A DNA stretch of 62,017 bases, the filler included. It is 4 parts of 4 records of this genome, joined end to end, with 100 filler letters (N's around TTAATTAATTAA, not from the genome) between each part and the next. Parts side by side here need not be neighbours in the genome. Positions count along the whole stretch, not along the records: positions 37,976 to 56,885 come from SRR31156797_9054; positions 56,986 to 62,017 come from SRR31156797_9066; 2 more parts are not named here. One strand, given 5' to 3'. Positions 48,896 to 58,715 of the stretch are shown here, piece by piece (the stretch's first letter is position 1; each line of letters starts with the position of its first letter). The notes below the pieces were generated by a model. That model worked only from the letters and a program-made list of their open reading frames with translations. It made no database searches and had not been told where the DNA came from. Made by a program: the position numbers and the translations under genes.

Positions 48896-50491
48896 TTAAT
48901 AATTCATTTTAAAAATACCGATAATATTATCCATTGATTCATCAGAAAATTGATTTTCTGCAAATTGCCCAATAAAATAATTTTTGGCGGTTAATAACTT
49001 TGATGGCATTACTAGTTGTTTACCTTTTCTGTTTTCTTTTATCAAAGACTTATTTACTATTCCCTCGGATGATATACTTACCATAAATAAGCCAGTTCTT
49101 AAAATGTTGTACATTGGAATAACTTTATGCCTTTTTTCAGAATTTACTTTTGTATTTTTAATATGGTCATTAAAAAATAACGTAAGTTTATCATTTGCCG
49201 ATACAGAAACAAAGGATCCAAACAATTGATTTCTATTTAATGCCGAATGATATTTAGGAATAAATGTATAATGAAGAACATTGCAGCGATCATCTATTTT
49301 TAGAGCAATTATGGCATTGTAGTTTAATTGTTCGTAATTAACATGTATTCCATAGTTTTCTTCAACTACACGTGGATCTACGTAATCAATAAACTCAAAA
49401 ATTAGCCAGTTTTTATTCTTTATTTCTGCTGTCTCAAGTAAACGATAGTTTCTGGGTATACCTATGTTTTTATTGACTTTTGTTTTGTTATTTACAAGCG
49501 CGATTAAATCATTTTGAAATGGTTGAAGTATTTTTGACTCTATGGTGAATTGATCAGGATTCACAATAATTTTAAATAACCCAATGGCATCTTCTCCTCC
49601 AAATTTACTTTTTATATTAGCATATGTACCCCAAAATTCAACTTTATCTATTAAAGTATTGTATCTATATTGAAATGTTCCATACTCATAATCGCCAGGT
49701 AGAATATTTAATGATTGAAACGAGAATTTTGATTTATCACTAATGAAGAAAATTAACTTTCGCTCTTCAATTGTTGATGGACGCCAATGGGTATTTCTTT
49801 CTTCATATAATGGTAGAAAAACTTGGCCTTTATTAGAGATGGTAATTTTACCACATTTTGTCCACCTTGCCTCTAACTCAGAACTTAGTTTATAGTATGA
49901 AAGACTTTGCTGTTGGTTATTCAGTGTAACTACATCAGCATAATACCTTTTTTCTATTTTAGTTTCATTTTCCTCTGATTTGCTAATAATAAACTTATAA
50001 GGAGCTACGATAACCAATTGATTATGATCTTCAGATACAGAAACTGAAAAAGGCATGTATTCTTTTTGCTCAGAAACATCAAATTTCGCTAATTGAGTCA
50101 TTACACCTGTATTGTTTCCAATACTATCCAAAGGTTGTAACCCAATAATTATTTTTTGTTCTCTTTTAATAAATGCAGAGACAATTAAATAATTGTTGTT
50201 ATTGAGTTGTACCAAATCGATAGGAGTAAATTCTAGTTGATTATCAGATCCATTTTTGGTAGTGAATGTTATGGAATTTGTTTTTTTTAGATTTTGTAGG
50301 TTATAAGTTTCAATGAAATAGACTCCTTTTTTTGCAGTTCTTAAAATCTGAAGAGTATTGTTTTTCAATTGAGCTGCTGATTTAATACTTCTAACATCCA
50401 TAGCTTGTGTCTCGGAAAAAGAAATCTGAGTTTGCGCAAAAGAAGTGTAAACGATATGGATAAAAAAAAGTAGTGTAGATAATTTATTCAT
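48896..50491 (-). CDS. Secreted hypothetical protein (beta-rich)
   Basis: 531-aa ORF with Sec signal ending SFA|Q. No catalytic motif recognised. Confidence 0.75.
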   Translation of the reverse strand: MNKLSTLLFFIHIVYTSFAQTQISFSETQAMDVRSIKSAAQLKNNTLQILRTAKKGVYFIETYNLQNLKKTNSITFTTKNGSDNQLEFTPIDLVQLNNNNYLIVSAFIKREQKIIIGLQPLDSIGNNTGVMTQLAKFDVSEQKEYMPFSVSVSEDHNQLVIVAPYKFIISKSEENETKIEKRYYADVVTLNNQQQSLSYYKLSSELEARWTKCGKITISNKGQVFLPLYEERNTHWRPSTIEERKLIFFISDKSKFSFQSLNILPGDYEYGTFQYRYNTLIDKVEFWGTYANIKSKFGGEDAIGLFKIIVNPDQFTIESKILQPFQNDLIALVNNKTKVNKNIGIPRNYRLLETAEIKNKNWLIFEFIDYVDPRVVEENYGIHVNYEQLNYNAIIALKIDDRCNVLHYTFIPKYHSALNRNQLFGSFVSVSANDKLTLFFNDHIKNTKVNSEKRHKVIPMYNILRTGLFMVSISSEGIVNKSLIKENRKGKQLVMPSKLLTAKNYFIGQFAENQFSDESMDNIIGIFKMNY

Positions 50492-50569
50492 GTTGAGATA
50501 AAATAATTTGGTTTTAATTAATAGCTGATAAAAATAAGAATATAAGCTGAATTGTTATGTTTTATGAAC

Positions 50570-50601
50570 AAAAAAGGGTAGTCGATTCGACTACCCTTTT
50601 T
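50570..50601. terminator. Intrinsic terminator after asnB
   Basis: AAAAAGGGTAGTCGA-T-TCGACTACCCTTTTT. Confidence 0.8.
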
Positions 50602-50619
50602 AATATTTTATTATAATAT

Positions 50620-52206
50620 CTATTCACCACTCTTACCGTAATTAGGAAGAACCCTTGCACTAGGATCGTCCACATCACAGTTTTCCCACTCTTTATTTGG
50701 CATCCAGAAATCTTTAATGACACCATCTCTTCCAGGAAAGTGCTTTTCGAAAATATCACGATACATTAATGACTCTTTTGTAAATGGAGTATTTGTTGGA
50801 TATTTATCTTTAGCAGCTGCTAAATCAGCATCAGAATACATTTCTTCTGCATAACCTTTAAGGTAATCTACAGAACTGTGACCAACAGCATCAGAGAAAG
50901 CCGCTTTATCACGATGTAGAATATTCTGAGGTAAATAATCACCTTCGAATGCTGCACGTAATAAATATTTACCTTCACCATAAGTATTCATTTTCTTGGC
51001 AGGATCAATACTCATGATATAATCAACAAAATCAAGATCACCAAATGGTACGCGAGCCTCAAGCCCACAAGACGAAATACATCTGTCAGCTCTTAGTACA
51101 TCGTACATGTAAATTTCACGAATTCGCTTCTCAGCTTCCGCTTGGAAAGCTTCAGGGGTGGGAGCGAAGTCTGTATATTTATATCCAAGAATCTCGTCGG
51201 CAATTTCACCTGTCATTAATACTTTAACATCGGTGTTTTCACTAATATATTTACATATTAGGTACATCCCCATTGAAGCTCGGATAGTAGTAATATCCCA
51301 AGTTTCAGTATTATATATTAAAGAACTTAATGTATCGAAAATATCCTGTTTGGTAAATAATACCTCAGTATGATCTGCTCCTAAATAATCAGCTACAATT
51401 TTAGCATATTTCGTGTCAATCGGATCATCTTCAATACCAACAGCAAATGTTTTAATTGGCTTGTCCAGCATTTTAGCAGCAACAGCACAAACTAAACTAG
51501 AATCTAAACCTCCACTACAAAGGAATCCAACTGGAACATCAGCCTGAAGTCTTTTTTCAATACCAGCGGTAAGCTTTTCGTTTATATTTTTAAATATTTC
51601 ATCTAGATCGTGATCAACAAACTTTTCAACTTTAGAAATATCTTTGTAACAAACGAACTTATCTCCGTCGAAGTAATGCCCGGGAGGAAATGGTTTTACT
51701 TCCTTGCATAGCTCATGTAATGTTTTCATTTCACTGGCAAACATGATTTCGCCTTGATCTGAATAACCGTAGAATAATGGACGGATTCCGATAGGATCTC
51801 TAGCTCCATAATATTTTTTAGCTACTGAATCATAAATAACAAATACAAATTCAGCATCTAATGACTTAGCTGTTTCCTCAATTCCCTTGTCTAAAAATAA
51901 AGGAATAATTACCTCACAATCACTTGTAGATTTGAATTCATACTCGCTCTCGTATTGTTTACGTAACTGCTGAAAATTATAAACCTCACCATTACAAACT
52001 AAATTTATATGTTTATATACTAAAGGTTGATTACCATTGCTTGATACATCCATAATGCTTAGGCGATGAAAACCCATCCACCCTTCACTTCCGAAATCTC
52101 TAACAAAAGAATTGTCAGGCCCTCTGTATTGAATCTTTTTAAACTCACTGGCAAACAAAAGTTTGTCCATCATGTCGTTCCCTGTATAAACTGCAAATCC
52201 ACACAT
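50620..52206 (-). CDS. asnB: Asparagine synthase (glutamine-hydrolysing)
   Basis: N-terminal MCG (Ntn Cys), RGPD, NGEVYN, SGGLDSS, ETWDITTIRAS and DPSAR. Confidence 0.96.
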   Translation of the reverse strand: MCGFAVYTGNDMMDKLLFASEFKKIQYRGPDNSFVRDFGSEGWMGFHRLSIMDVSSNGNQPLVYKHINLVCNGEVYNFQQLRKQYESEYEFKSTSDCEVIIPLFLDKGIEETAKSLDAEFVFVIYDSVAKKYYGARDPIGIRPLFYGYSDQGEIMFASEMKTLHELCKEVKPFPPGHYFDGDKFVCYKDISKVEKFVDHDLDEIFKNINEKLTAGIEKRLQADVPVGFLCSGGLDSSLVCAVAAKMLDKPIKTFAVGIEDDPIDTKYAKIVADYLGADHTEVLFTKQDIFDTLSSLIYNTETWDITTIRASMGMYLICKYISENTDVKVLMTGEIADEILGYKYTDFAPTPEAFQAEAEKRIREIYMYDVLRADRCISSCGLEARVPFGDLDFVDYIMSIDPAKKMNTYGEGKYLLRAAFEGDYLPQNILHRDKAAFSDAVGHSSVDYLKGYAEEMYSDADLAAAKDKYPTNTPFTKESLMYRDIFEKHFPGRDGVIKDFWMPNKEWENCDVDDPSARVLPNYGKSGE

Positions 52207-52760
52207 GTTTTTGTTGAATATTTATTTTTTGGTTATTATTTTGTTAATGCGAATGTAAAAGTAACTATTTAAATATTATTTCCAATATTGAATTACGAAT
52301 TAATAGTAAAACAATCGTTTTAGTTTCTATTTGAAAGTTTTGTATAAAGGGGGGTGTTGTTTTAAAAATGATAAATTAAAGATTTATAGGTGTGAATGTT
52401 AGGGGGTGTGTATTAAAAAACAATAAAATTGTTTGAGTTAGTCTGGTAGAATTGGGTATTGATATAAATCATATATTTTTCGCGTTTAAACTTGGCTTAT
52501 AATTCAATTATAAATAGAAAAACATATTAAAATAAGATTAAAGAATGATTTTTTATCCAAAAACAGAATTAACCCTTAATATTTTATATGCTATTCTATT
52601 TTCAATTGTAAATATGAAAAGGATTTTTAAAATAAAATTGATCCTAAATTATTGGATCTTATTGTTTTTTTTAGTTTTTTGCATGACAATTAAAACAATC
52701 ACTTCTAAAAATTACGTGCCTATAGTAAACATTTACGCTTAATTAAAAAATATTTTAAGC

Positions 52761-53351
52761 ATGAAGCAGATACTTTTAATGTCTGATGACGAGTTGGTGG
52801 AAAACTATATCGCAGGACAAGAAAGATGTTTACAGGTTTTAATTGACAGGCACAGGAATAAAATCTATTCTTATATTATAATGTTGGTGAAGCAACAAGA
52901 GCTTGCTGAAGATGTTTTTCAAGATGCATTTATAAAAGTAATAGACAACTTGAAGAAAGGTAAGTATGTCGCTAACGGAAGGTTTGCCTCTTGGGTAATG
53001 CGCATTGCTCATAACTTAATCATTGATTTTTATCGTAAACAAAAGAACTTAAAAACGGTCTCCAATGATGGTAATGACTATGATTTGCTGAACTCAACCA
53101 AATTTGCGGAAGATAACATTGAGGATAAAATGGTTTATTCTCAAATTATGAAGGAAGTGGTTGAGTTAATGAATTATTTGCCGGATAATCAGAAGGAGGT
53201 TGTGAAGTTAAGACATTTTATGGGGCTTAGCTTTAAAGAGATAGCAGAAGAAACCGGAGTTAGTATTAATACTGCATTGGGAAGAATGCGATATGCACTG
53301 ATAAATATGCGTGCGATGGTTGAGGAAAAAAATATTTCATTAACAATTTAA
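52761..53351 (+). CDS. ECF-type RNA polymerase sigma-70 factor
   Basis: AEDVFQDAFIK, WVMRIAHN and LP..QKEV...SFKEIAEETGVSINTALGRMRYA. Confidence 0.93.
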   Translation: MKQILLMSDDELVENYIAGQERCLQVLIDRHRNKIYSYIIMLVKQQELAEDVFQDAFIKVIDNLKKGKYVANGRFASWVMRIAHNLIIDFYRKQKNLKTVSNDGNDYDLLNSTKFAEDNIEDKMVYSQIMKEVVELMNYLPDNQKEVVKLRHFMGLSFKEIAEETGVSINTALGRMRYALINMRAMVEEKNISLTI

Positions 53352-53414
53352 TTATTCAACAATATTTAAAATTTACCGGCGTTATTTAATTGTGTGTTAA
53401 TTGTGATTTAAATA

Positions 53415-53630
53415 ATGCCTATGGATAAAAGTTTTACTCAGAATTTAGCTAAACTGGAGGAATATAGTTTAGCCTTAATTGAATTTTTTGACAAATTACC
53501 GGATAGTTTTTTTGATGGTGAAATATTGGAACCATCCGATAGGGTAGTGAATAATATCCTGCGATATTCCAAAAGTAAAAGCAATTCCTTAAATCAAAAG
53601 GAACGTCATTTTCGTTTTGCTATGAATTAA
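53415..53630 (+). CDS. Small hypothetical protein downstream of the ECF sigma
   Basis: 71 aa with EPSDRVVNNILRYSK. Co-oriented with the sigma gene. Confidence 0.6.
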   Translation: MPMDKSFTQNLAKLEEYSLALIEFFDKLPDSFFDGEILEPSDRVVNNILRYSKSKSNSLNQKERHFRFAMN

Positions 53631-54616
53631 TTGTAGAAGTTTTCTTCGTATGCGATAAATTCCTGTTTTTTAAGAACTTTTCTTTTTATAAAAGCAGAGA
53701 TAAAGCCAGAGCCATATCCAAATATTTGTACCATAGCTGCTATGCTAGATACAATTCCTACGGTTATACTTCTTGTTTTAAGGCTTGCATCGAATAAAAA
53801 TACGATTAATGGAAGCAGGCAAAGTAAAAGAAGAGTTGGAAAAAATATGCCTGTTAAAAAACAAAGAGAATATCCAAGAGTGAATATGGCCGGTATGGTA
53901 TGTACCAATTTTAAGGAACCAGGATGTCTGTAATTGAGGTTTATCCTAGCAATTCCGCTGTTGTGTACTTGCTTAAAAAATGTTCTGAAATTATTTCGTC
54001 TTTTATGGTATATCCAAGCTTCATCTATAAGTTTAGAAGTATATCCTGCCTCAATAATTCGCATGCTAAAATCTAAATCCTCACCAAATCGTAATTTAGC
54101 AAAACCTTTTAGTGCCTTATATACTTCATTTTTTATACCCATATTAAAGCTTCGTGGGTAAAATTTATCAAGTTTTTTCTTTCCTCCACGAATTCCCCCT
54201 GTTGTTAATGTGGAAGTCATGGAGTAATTTATCGCTTTCTGAATAGTATTGAAAGAATCATGAGCTCTGTCTGGTCCTCCAAAACAGTCTTTATTGTTTA
54301 AATCTTTATCAACATGAATAAAATAATCAGGAGGAATAATGCAATCGGAATCGAAAAAAACAAAATAATCCCCTTTTGCTAATGATGCTCCATGATTTCT
54401 TGCAGGACCAGGGCCTGTATTACTCTGGTATTGATAAGTAAGTTGTAATTTGTAATTATATCTGTTGCATACTTCTTCAGAGCTTGATTTGGATCCATCT
54501 TCGATTACAATTACTTCAAAATCTTGATAATTAACAGCGCTTAAACTATTTAATAATTCGTCAATTTCCTGAGGACGATTATAAACGGGTATGATTACAG
54601 AATATTTGGGCATCAA
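53627..54616 (-). CDS. Glycosyltransferase family 2
   Basis: YSVIIPVYNR, EDGS, GPGPARN, FFDSD (DxD), GEDLD and C-terminal TM segments. Confidence 0.92.
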   Translation of the reverse strand: MMPKYSVIIPVYNRPQEIDELLNSLSAVNYQDFEVIVIEDGSKSSSEEVCNRYNYKLQLTYQYQSNTGPGPARNHGASLAKGDYFVFFDSDCIIPPDYFIHVDKDLNNKDCFGGPDRAHDSFNTIQKAINYSMTSTLTTGGIRGGKKKLDKFYPRSFNMGIKNEVYKALKGFAKLRFGEDLDFSMRIIEAGYTSKLIDEAWIYHKRRNNFRTFFKQVHNSGIARINLNYRHPGSLKLVHTIPAIFTLGYSLCFLTGIFFPTLLLLCLLPLIVFLFDASLKTRSITVGIVSSIAAMVQIFGYGSGFISAFIKRKVLKKQEFIAYEENFYN

Positions 54617-54666
54617 TAGGATTTTGTATTTGAATGCACAAATGTAATTTAACGATAAGTAATCAC

Positions 54667-54698
54667 AAAGAAACCAGAGAAAAACTCTGGTTTCTTTT
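54667..54698. terminator. Intrinsic terminator after pfk
   Basis: AAAGAAACCAGAG-AAAAA-CTCTGGTTTCTTTT. Confidence 0.75.
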
Positions 54699-54734
54699 GC
54701 TGTATAATAAATGATTTATAATTCCAGATTCGGA

Positions 54735-55952
54735 TTAAAGGGATAAATCTGTTGTTAAGAACATCATGGGATCACCAATTATATCCTGAAAAATAGGTCG
54801 GTATCGTTGCGTGTCATAGTATTTGGCTACGTTTACCTTTTTAATGCTTTCTCCTTTGGCATCTTTTTGAACAGCTTCGATGGACACGTAGTTAAATTTA
54901 CCATCTTTTACACAAACCATATAGCCAGACATTTCTTTTTTTATTAAATCTAAAGCCATATTACCATAAGTTGTAGGAATAATAGAATCTAATGCATCGG
55001 GTTGGCCGGATCTAACCAAATAGCCTAATTTCTGGTTGATAATATTAATAGTTTGACCATTGTTAAATTTAGCAGAATGTTTTTTCAATTCTTTCCCAAT
55101 TTGTTCGCCAATACCTCCTAGTTTTTTATGACCAAAAGCATCCGTTTCTGCATCAGAATATACAATATCTTGTCCTTCATATGATGCGCCTTCTGAGACT
55201 AATACAACTGAGTAATTACTTGGATTGTGACGTCTGTCTTCCACTAATAACTCAGTTAAGCGTTCTGTATTGATTTGGTATTCGGGAATAACACATCTGT
55301 CTGCGGCTCCTCCAATGGTAGGCAAAAGTGCTGAAAAACCAGCATTACGGCCAAAAACTTCTAGTACAAGGAAGCGTTCATGCGATCCTGCACAGGTTCT
55401 TAGAGCATGCGTTAACTCTATGGTTCGTGTTATGCAAGTACTGAAACCAATGCAATACTCCGTTCCAGGAACATCGCCATCCATTGTTTTAGGAATACCG
55501 ATCACTTTTATACCTTCTTTGTGAAGCCTTACTGCATAACTTAAGGTATCATCTCCTCCAATGGGAATTAAATAATCAATTCCTATATATTTTAAATTTG
55601 CAACAGCCTCGTCTGTTAAATCATTAAAATCATCGTTATATATTTCTTTTAAATGATCAGGGACGTCTTTTTTTGCCACTTTAGTAGCTTTGGTTCTACT
55701 AGAATGTAGAAAAGTACCACCCGTTCTACCTATTTTATTAACAGTGAGTTCACCTAACGGAATGCAGTATAATTGTTCTTCAAGAGGGAGAGAGCGGTTG
55801 ATACTAATTACTCCCTTCCACCCATTTTTTATACCAATAACAGTATAACCTTCTCGAATTGCTCTAAGTGTAATTGCTCTGATAGCAGGATTAAGACCGG
55901 GTACATCGCCACCTCCCGTAAGAATACCTATGGTTAGTCCGTTTTTTTTCAT
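54735..55952 (-). CDS. pfkA: 6-phosphofructokinase, PfkA superfamily (short/group III type)
   Basis: LTGGGDVPGLN, GGTFLHSSR, IGGDDT, PKTMDGD, EVFGR and LGYLVRSG. Confidence 0.9.
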   Translation of the reverse strand: MKKNGLTIGILTGGGDVPGLNPAIRAITLRAIREGYTVIGIKNGWKGVISINRSLPLEEQLYCIPLGELTVNKIGRTGGTFLHSSRTKATKVAKKDVPDHLKEIYNDDFNDLTDEAVANLKYIGIDYLIPIGGDDTLSYAVRLHKEGIKVIGIPKTMDGDVPGTEYCIGFSTCITRTIELTHALRTCAGSHERFLVLEVFGRNAGFSALLPTIGGAADRCVIPEYQINTERLTELLVEDRRHNPSNYSVVLVSEGASYEGQDIVYSDAETDAFGHKKLGGIGEQIGKELKKHSAKFNNGQTINIINQKLGYLVRSGQPDALDSIIPTTYGNMALDLIKKEMSGYMVCVKDGKFNYVSIEAVQKDAKGESIKKVNVAKYYDTQRYRPIFQDIIGDPMMFLTTDLSL

Positions 55953-56249
55953 AATAAAAGGATTTAATTAGAAATAATAGGGATTGTAACTACTTGTTTC
56001 TTAAAGATATTAAAAAGTATAAATATTAAAAACGAAAAGTCAGGAGAAGTTATCAATCTAATATTAATAACATAAAAAGAATGAGTTTAAAAAAGTGTTA
56101 AATCGTAAATAATAGGAGTAAATTATTTTTAATTTGAAAAAATATGAACAATTTTGCAGCTTATTTTTGAAAAAGGTATAAAATAAAGTCATCATGCCTT
56201 TATTAAAAGCTAGAAATTTTCTAAAAACTATATTATAATTTTGGATAAA

Positions 56250-56885
56250 ATGATTAAAAGTCCACTTCAAATCGCAAGAGAGAGTTACTCTCCAAAGTTG
56301 CCATCGGCACTTAAAGGTTCTGTTAAAATTGTAGAGGGAAAAAACACTGAGTCAGTTGCAGATCAGGCTGACATTGAAAAGTTATTCCCAAATACTTATG
56401 GAATGCCTGTTTTAACATTTGAATCAGGAGAATCGTCAGCTACTGCAAAGCCAATTAGCGTTGGTTTAATTTTATCCGGAGGTCAGGCTCCTGGAGGTCA
56501 CAATGTAATTTCAGGTATTTATGATGGTTTAAAAAAGCTAAACCCTGAAAACAAAGTTTATGGTTTCTTAGGTGGTCCTGGTGGATTGGTTGATAATCAT
56601 TATAAAGAATTAACTGATGATATCATCGATCATTATAGAAATACTGGAGGTTTTGATATTATTGGTTCGGGTAGAACTAAATTAGAGGAAACTGCTCAGT
56701 TTGATAAAGGTTTAGAAAACTGTAAAGCATTAGGAATTGATGCATTAGTGATTATTGGAGGTGATGACTCTAATACAAACGCTTGTGTGTTAGCTGAGTA
56801 TTATTTAGCTAAAGATGCCGGTGTTCAGGTAATCGGTTGTCCTAAAACTATTGATGGTGACCTTAAAAACGAAATGATTGAAACT
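56250..56885 (+). CDS. pfp: PPi-dependent phosphofructokinase, long clade (3'-truncated)
   Basis: LSGGQAPGGHNV, YRNTGGFDIIGSGRTK, IGGDDSNTNA and PKTIDGDLKN. Runs into the spacer. Confidence 0.93.
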
Positions 56886-56985
56886 NNNNNNNNNNNNNNN
56901 NNNNNNNNNNNNNNNNNNNNNNNNNNNNNTTAATTAATTAANNNNNNNNNNNNNNNNNNNNNNNNNNNNNNNNNNNNNNNNNNNN
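56886..56985. other. Artificial contig spacer
   Basis: N-run with TTAATTAATTAA. Confidence 0.99.
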
Positions 56986-56986
56986 A

Positions 56987-57148
56987 AAAGGTGCAATGGA
57001 TAAAATCCTTGTAACTTTATTACTTGTTATCGTTGGTGTAGGAGCAGTTGTTGGTTTAAACTCATGGATCGGTACTGAAACTGATACAGTTAAAACTTCA
57101 GCAACTACAAAAATTACAGAAGTTACAGGTGATGCTTCAGGAGGTTGA
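56987..57148 (+). CDS. Flp-like major pilin, 5'-truncated (not in the ORF track)
   Basis: Translates KG|AMDKILVTLLLVIVGVGAVVGLNSWIGTETDTVKTSATTKITEVTGDASGG*: a basic-Gly cleavage site, hydrophobic helix and ~51-aa mature pilin. Followed by a hairpin and the prepilin peptidase. Confidence 0.75.
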   Translation, partial: KGAMDKILVTLLLVIVGVGAVVGLNSWIGTETDTVKTSATTKITEVTGDASGG

Positions 57149-57162
57149 TTCTGGACTTTTGC

Positions 57163-57197
57163 AAAAAAGAGAAGGTTTATATCTTCTCTTTTTTTTT
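57163..57197 (+). terminator. Hairpin/terminator after the pilin gene
   Basis: AAAAAAGAGAAG..loop..CTTCTCTTTTTTTTT. Confidence 0.75.
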
Positions 57198-57212
57198 GGA
57201 AAGGCTTAAATT

Positions 57213-57650
57213 ATGTTCACAATAGTCTTCTATATATTTTCCTCTTTTCTAGCATTTTTAGATTGTAAAAAGTTTTTAATCCCAAACAATATTTTGTTAA
57301 CAATGTCTGTTATGTTAATTACTTTTGGTCTATTAGAATCGAAAATATATATAAGCTCTATTATTTTAAGTTTATTAGTACTACTTTTTTTTGTAGTAAT
57401 TTTACTTTTAAATAGAACACAAGTTTTAGGTGGCGGAGATATAAAGTATATGATGGTTATTGCTTTATATCTTGGAGTTAAGCCTTTTGCTGTATTTTTA
57501 GTTGTGACAGGTCTTGTTCAAACTTTTGCTTTATTATATAAACAAATTTTGATGAAAAGAAGAGTCGCACCTATGGCTCCAGCTATGTTTATATCTGTAG
57601 CTATAGTTGATATGATGATATATTTTAATATATATCCTAGTCTTTTTTAA
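57213..57650 (+). CDS. tadV: Prepilin peptidase A24, short TadV/CpaA type
   Basis: Polytopic membrane protein with D.K...IPN and LGGGDIK aspartates and a P.AP C-terminus. No methylase domain. Confidence 0.85.
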   Translation: MFTIVFYIFSSFLAFLDCKKFLIPNNILLTMSVMLITFGLLESKIYISSIILSLLVLLFFVVILLLNRTQVLGGGDIKYMMVIALYLGVKPFAVFLVVTGLVQTFALLYKQILMKRRVAPMAPAMFISVAIVDMMIYFNIYPSLF

Positions 57651-57659
57651 GGAAATATT

Positions 57660-58703
57660 ATGAAGAAAGCTTTTATTGACCAAATTCTTTTAGGCCTTTT
57701 TTTATTTGTTGCTTTAATTGGATTAGGCGCAACTATTAGTGATAATATGCAAGCAAGAGATAAATACTATAACTTAAAAAAAGTAACAGATAATGCTGTT
57801 TTAACCCTTGCAAAATATTATGTAAAAATAGAAGAGAGCACTTTTAACGCAGAAGCTGTACATCAAGATATGCTTTTAGAAACGAAACTTGGTCAAGAAA
57901 TAAAAGATACTATTGTTTATTCATGGGATTTTGTTTCAGAACCAAATACAGTTACTGCAACTATTTCAAACTATCAAGAAGATACTTTCTGGTTAAAATT
58001 TTTAGATTTAGATTTTTTAACATTAAATGTTGAATCTCGAGCAACTATCACAAGTGTTGATTTACCTACTCCTACTTCAGACTACTCAGCAGGACTTGCA
58101 CCTTTTGCTGTTAATGACAGAACATTTAACATCGGTGATGCTATTGATATGAACTACTCTTTAACAGCAGATTGGGAGTATTCAGATAAAGATACTTTCT
58201 ATCCAGTAATTACTGATTGTGATTGTGATTGTTCTTTTGCACTAAGTAATAAGTTTGATTTTTCTGATTTAGGTTTTGATGTTGATAGTTGTGATGCTTC
58301 ATTACCTGGATGTAGCACAAGTGGTCAAAGTGAATTTTCTCACTATAGTAATATGTTATCTGATATTTATGATTCAAGCCAAAGTATAAATTTTGAAAAT
58401 GGAAAAACTGAGACACCAATATGTTTATTGGGAACTTATTTAGGAAATGATTACTCTACTTGGACAACTCAAATAAACCATTTATCAGATGGTATTTTTG
58501 ACATAATCGGACCAAGTGGAGCAAATCTTCCTATCGAGATGGATATTATTACTTTAAATTCTGGGGCTATAGCAAATGGGATTGTTAGAGTAAGAGTTAC
58601 AGATTATGAAATAGTTGATAATGGAACACCTTCTAATAGAAGTATAAAACTTATTACAGAAGTAGTTCCAGCAAAGACTCCAGAGATTGAGTTAGTTTAT
58701 TAA
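57660..58703 (+). CDS. TadG/TadE-like pilus-associated protein
   Basis: MKKA|FIDQ plus TM, LKKVTDNAVL (L...D.A.LA-like), T.WLKFL...L.V.SRA, APFAV and a Cys-rich acidic insert. Confidence 0.7.
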   Translation: MKKAFIDQILLGLFLFVALIGLGATISDNMQARDKYYNLKKVTDNAVLTLAKYYVKIEESTFNAEAVHQDMLLETKLGQEIKDTIVYSWDFVSEPNTVTATISNYQEDTFWLKFLDLDFLTLNVESRATITSVDLPTPTSDYSAGLAPFAVNDRTFNIGDAIDMNYSLTADWEYSDKDTFYPVITDCDCDCSFALSNKFDFSDLGFDVDSCDASLPGCSTSGQSEFSHYSNMLSDIYDSSQSINFENGKTETPICLLGTYLGNDYSTWTTQINHLSDGIFDIIGPSGANLPIEMDIITLNSGAIANGIVRVRVTDYEIVDNGTPSNRSIKLITEVVPAKTPEIELVY

Positions 58704-58715
58704 AGAGGATAAGTT

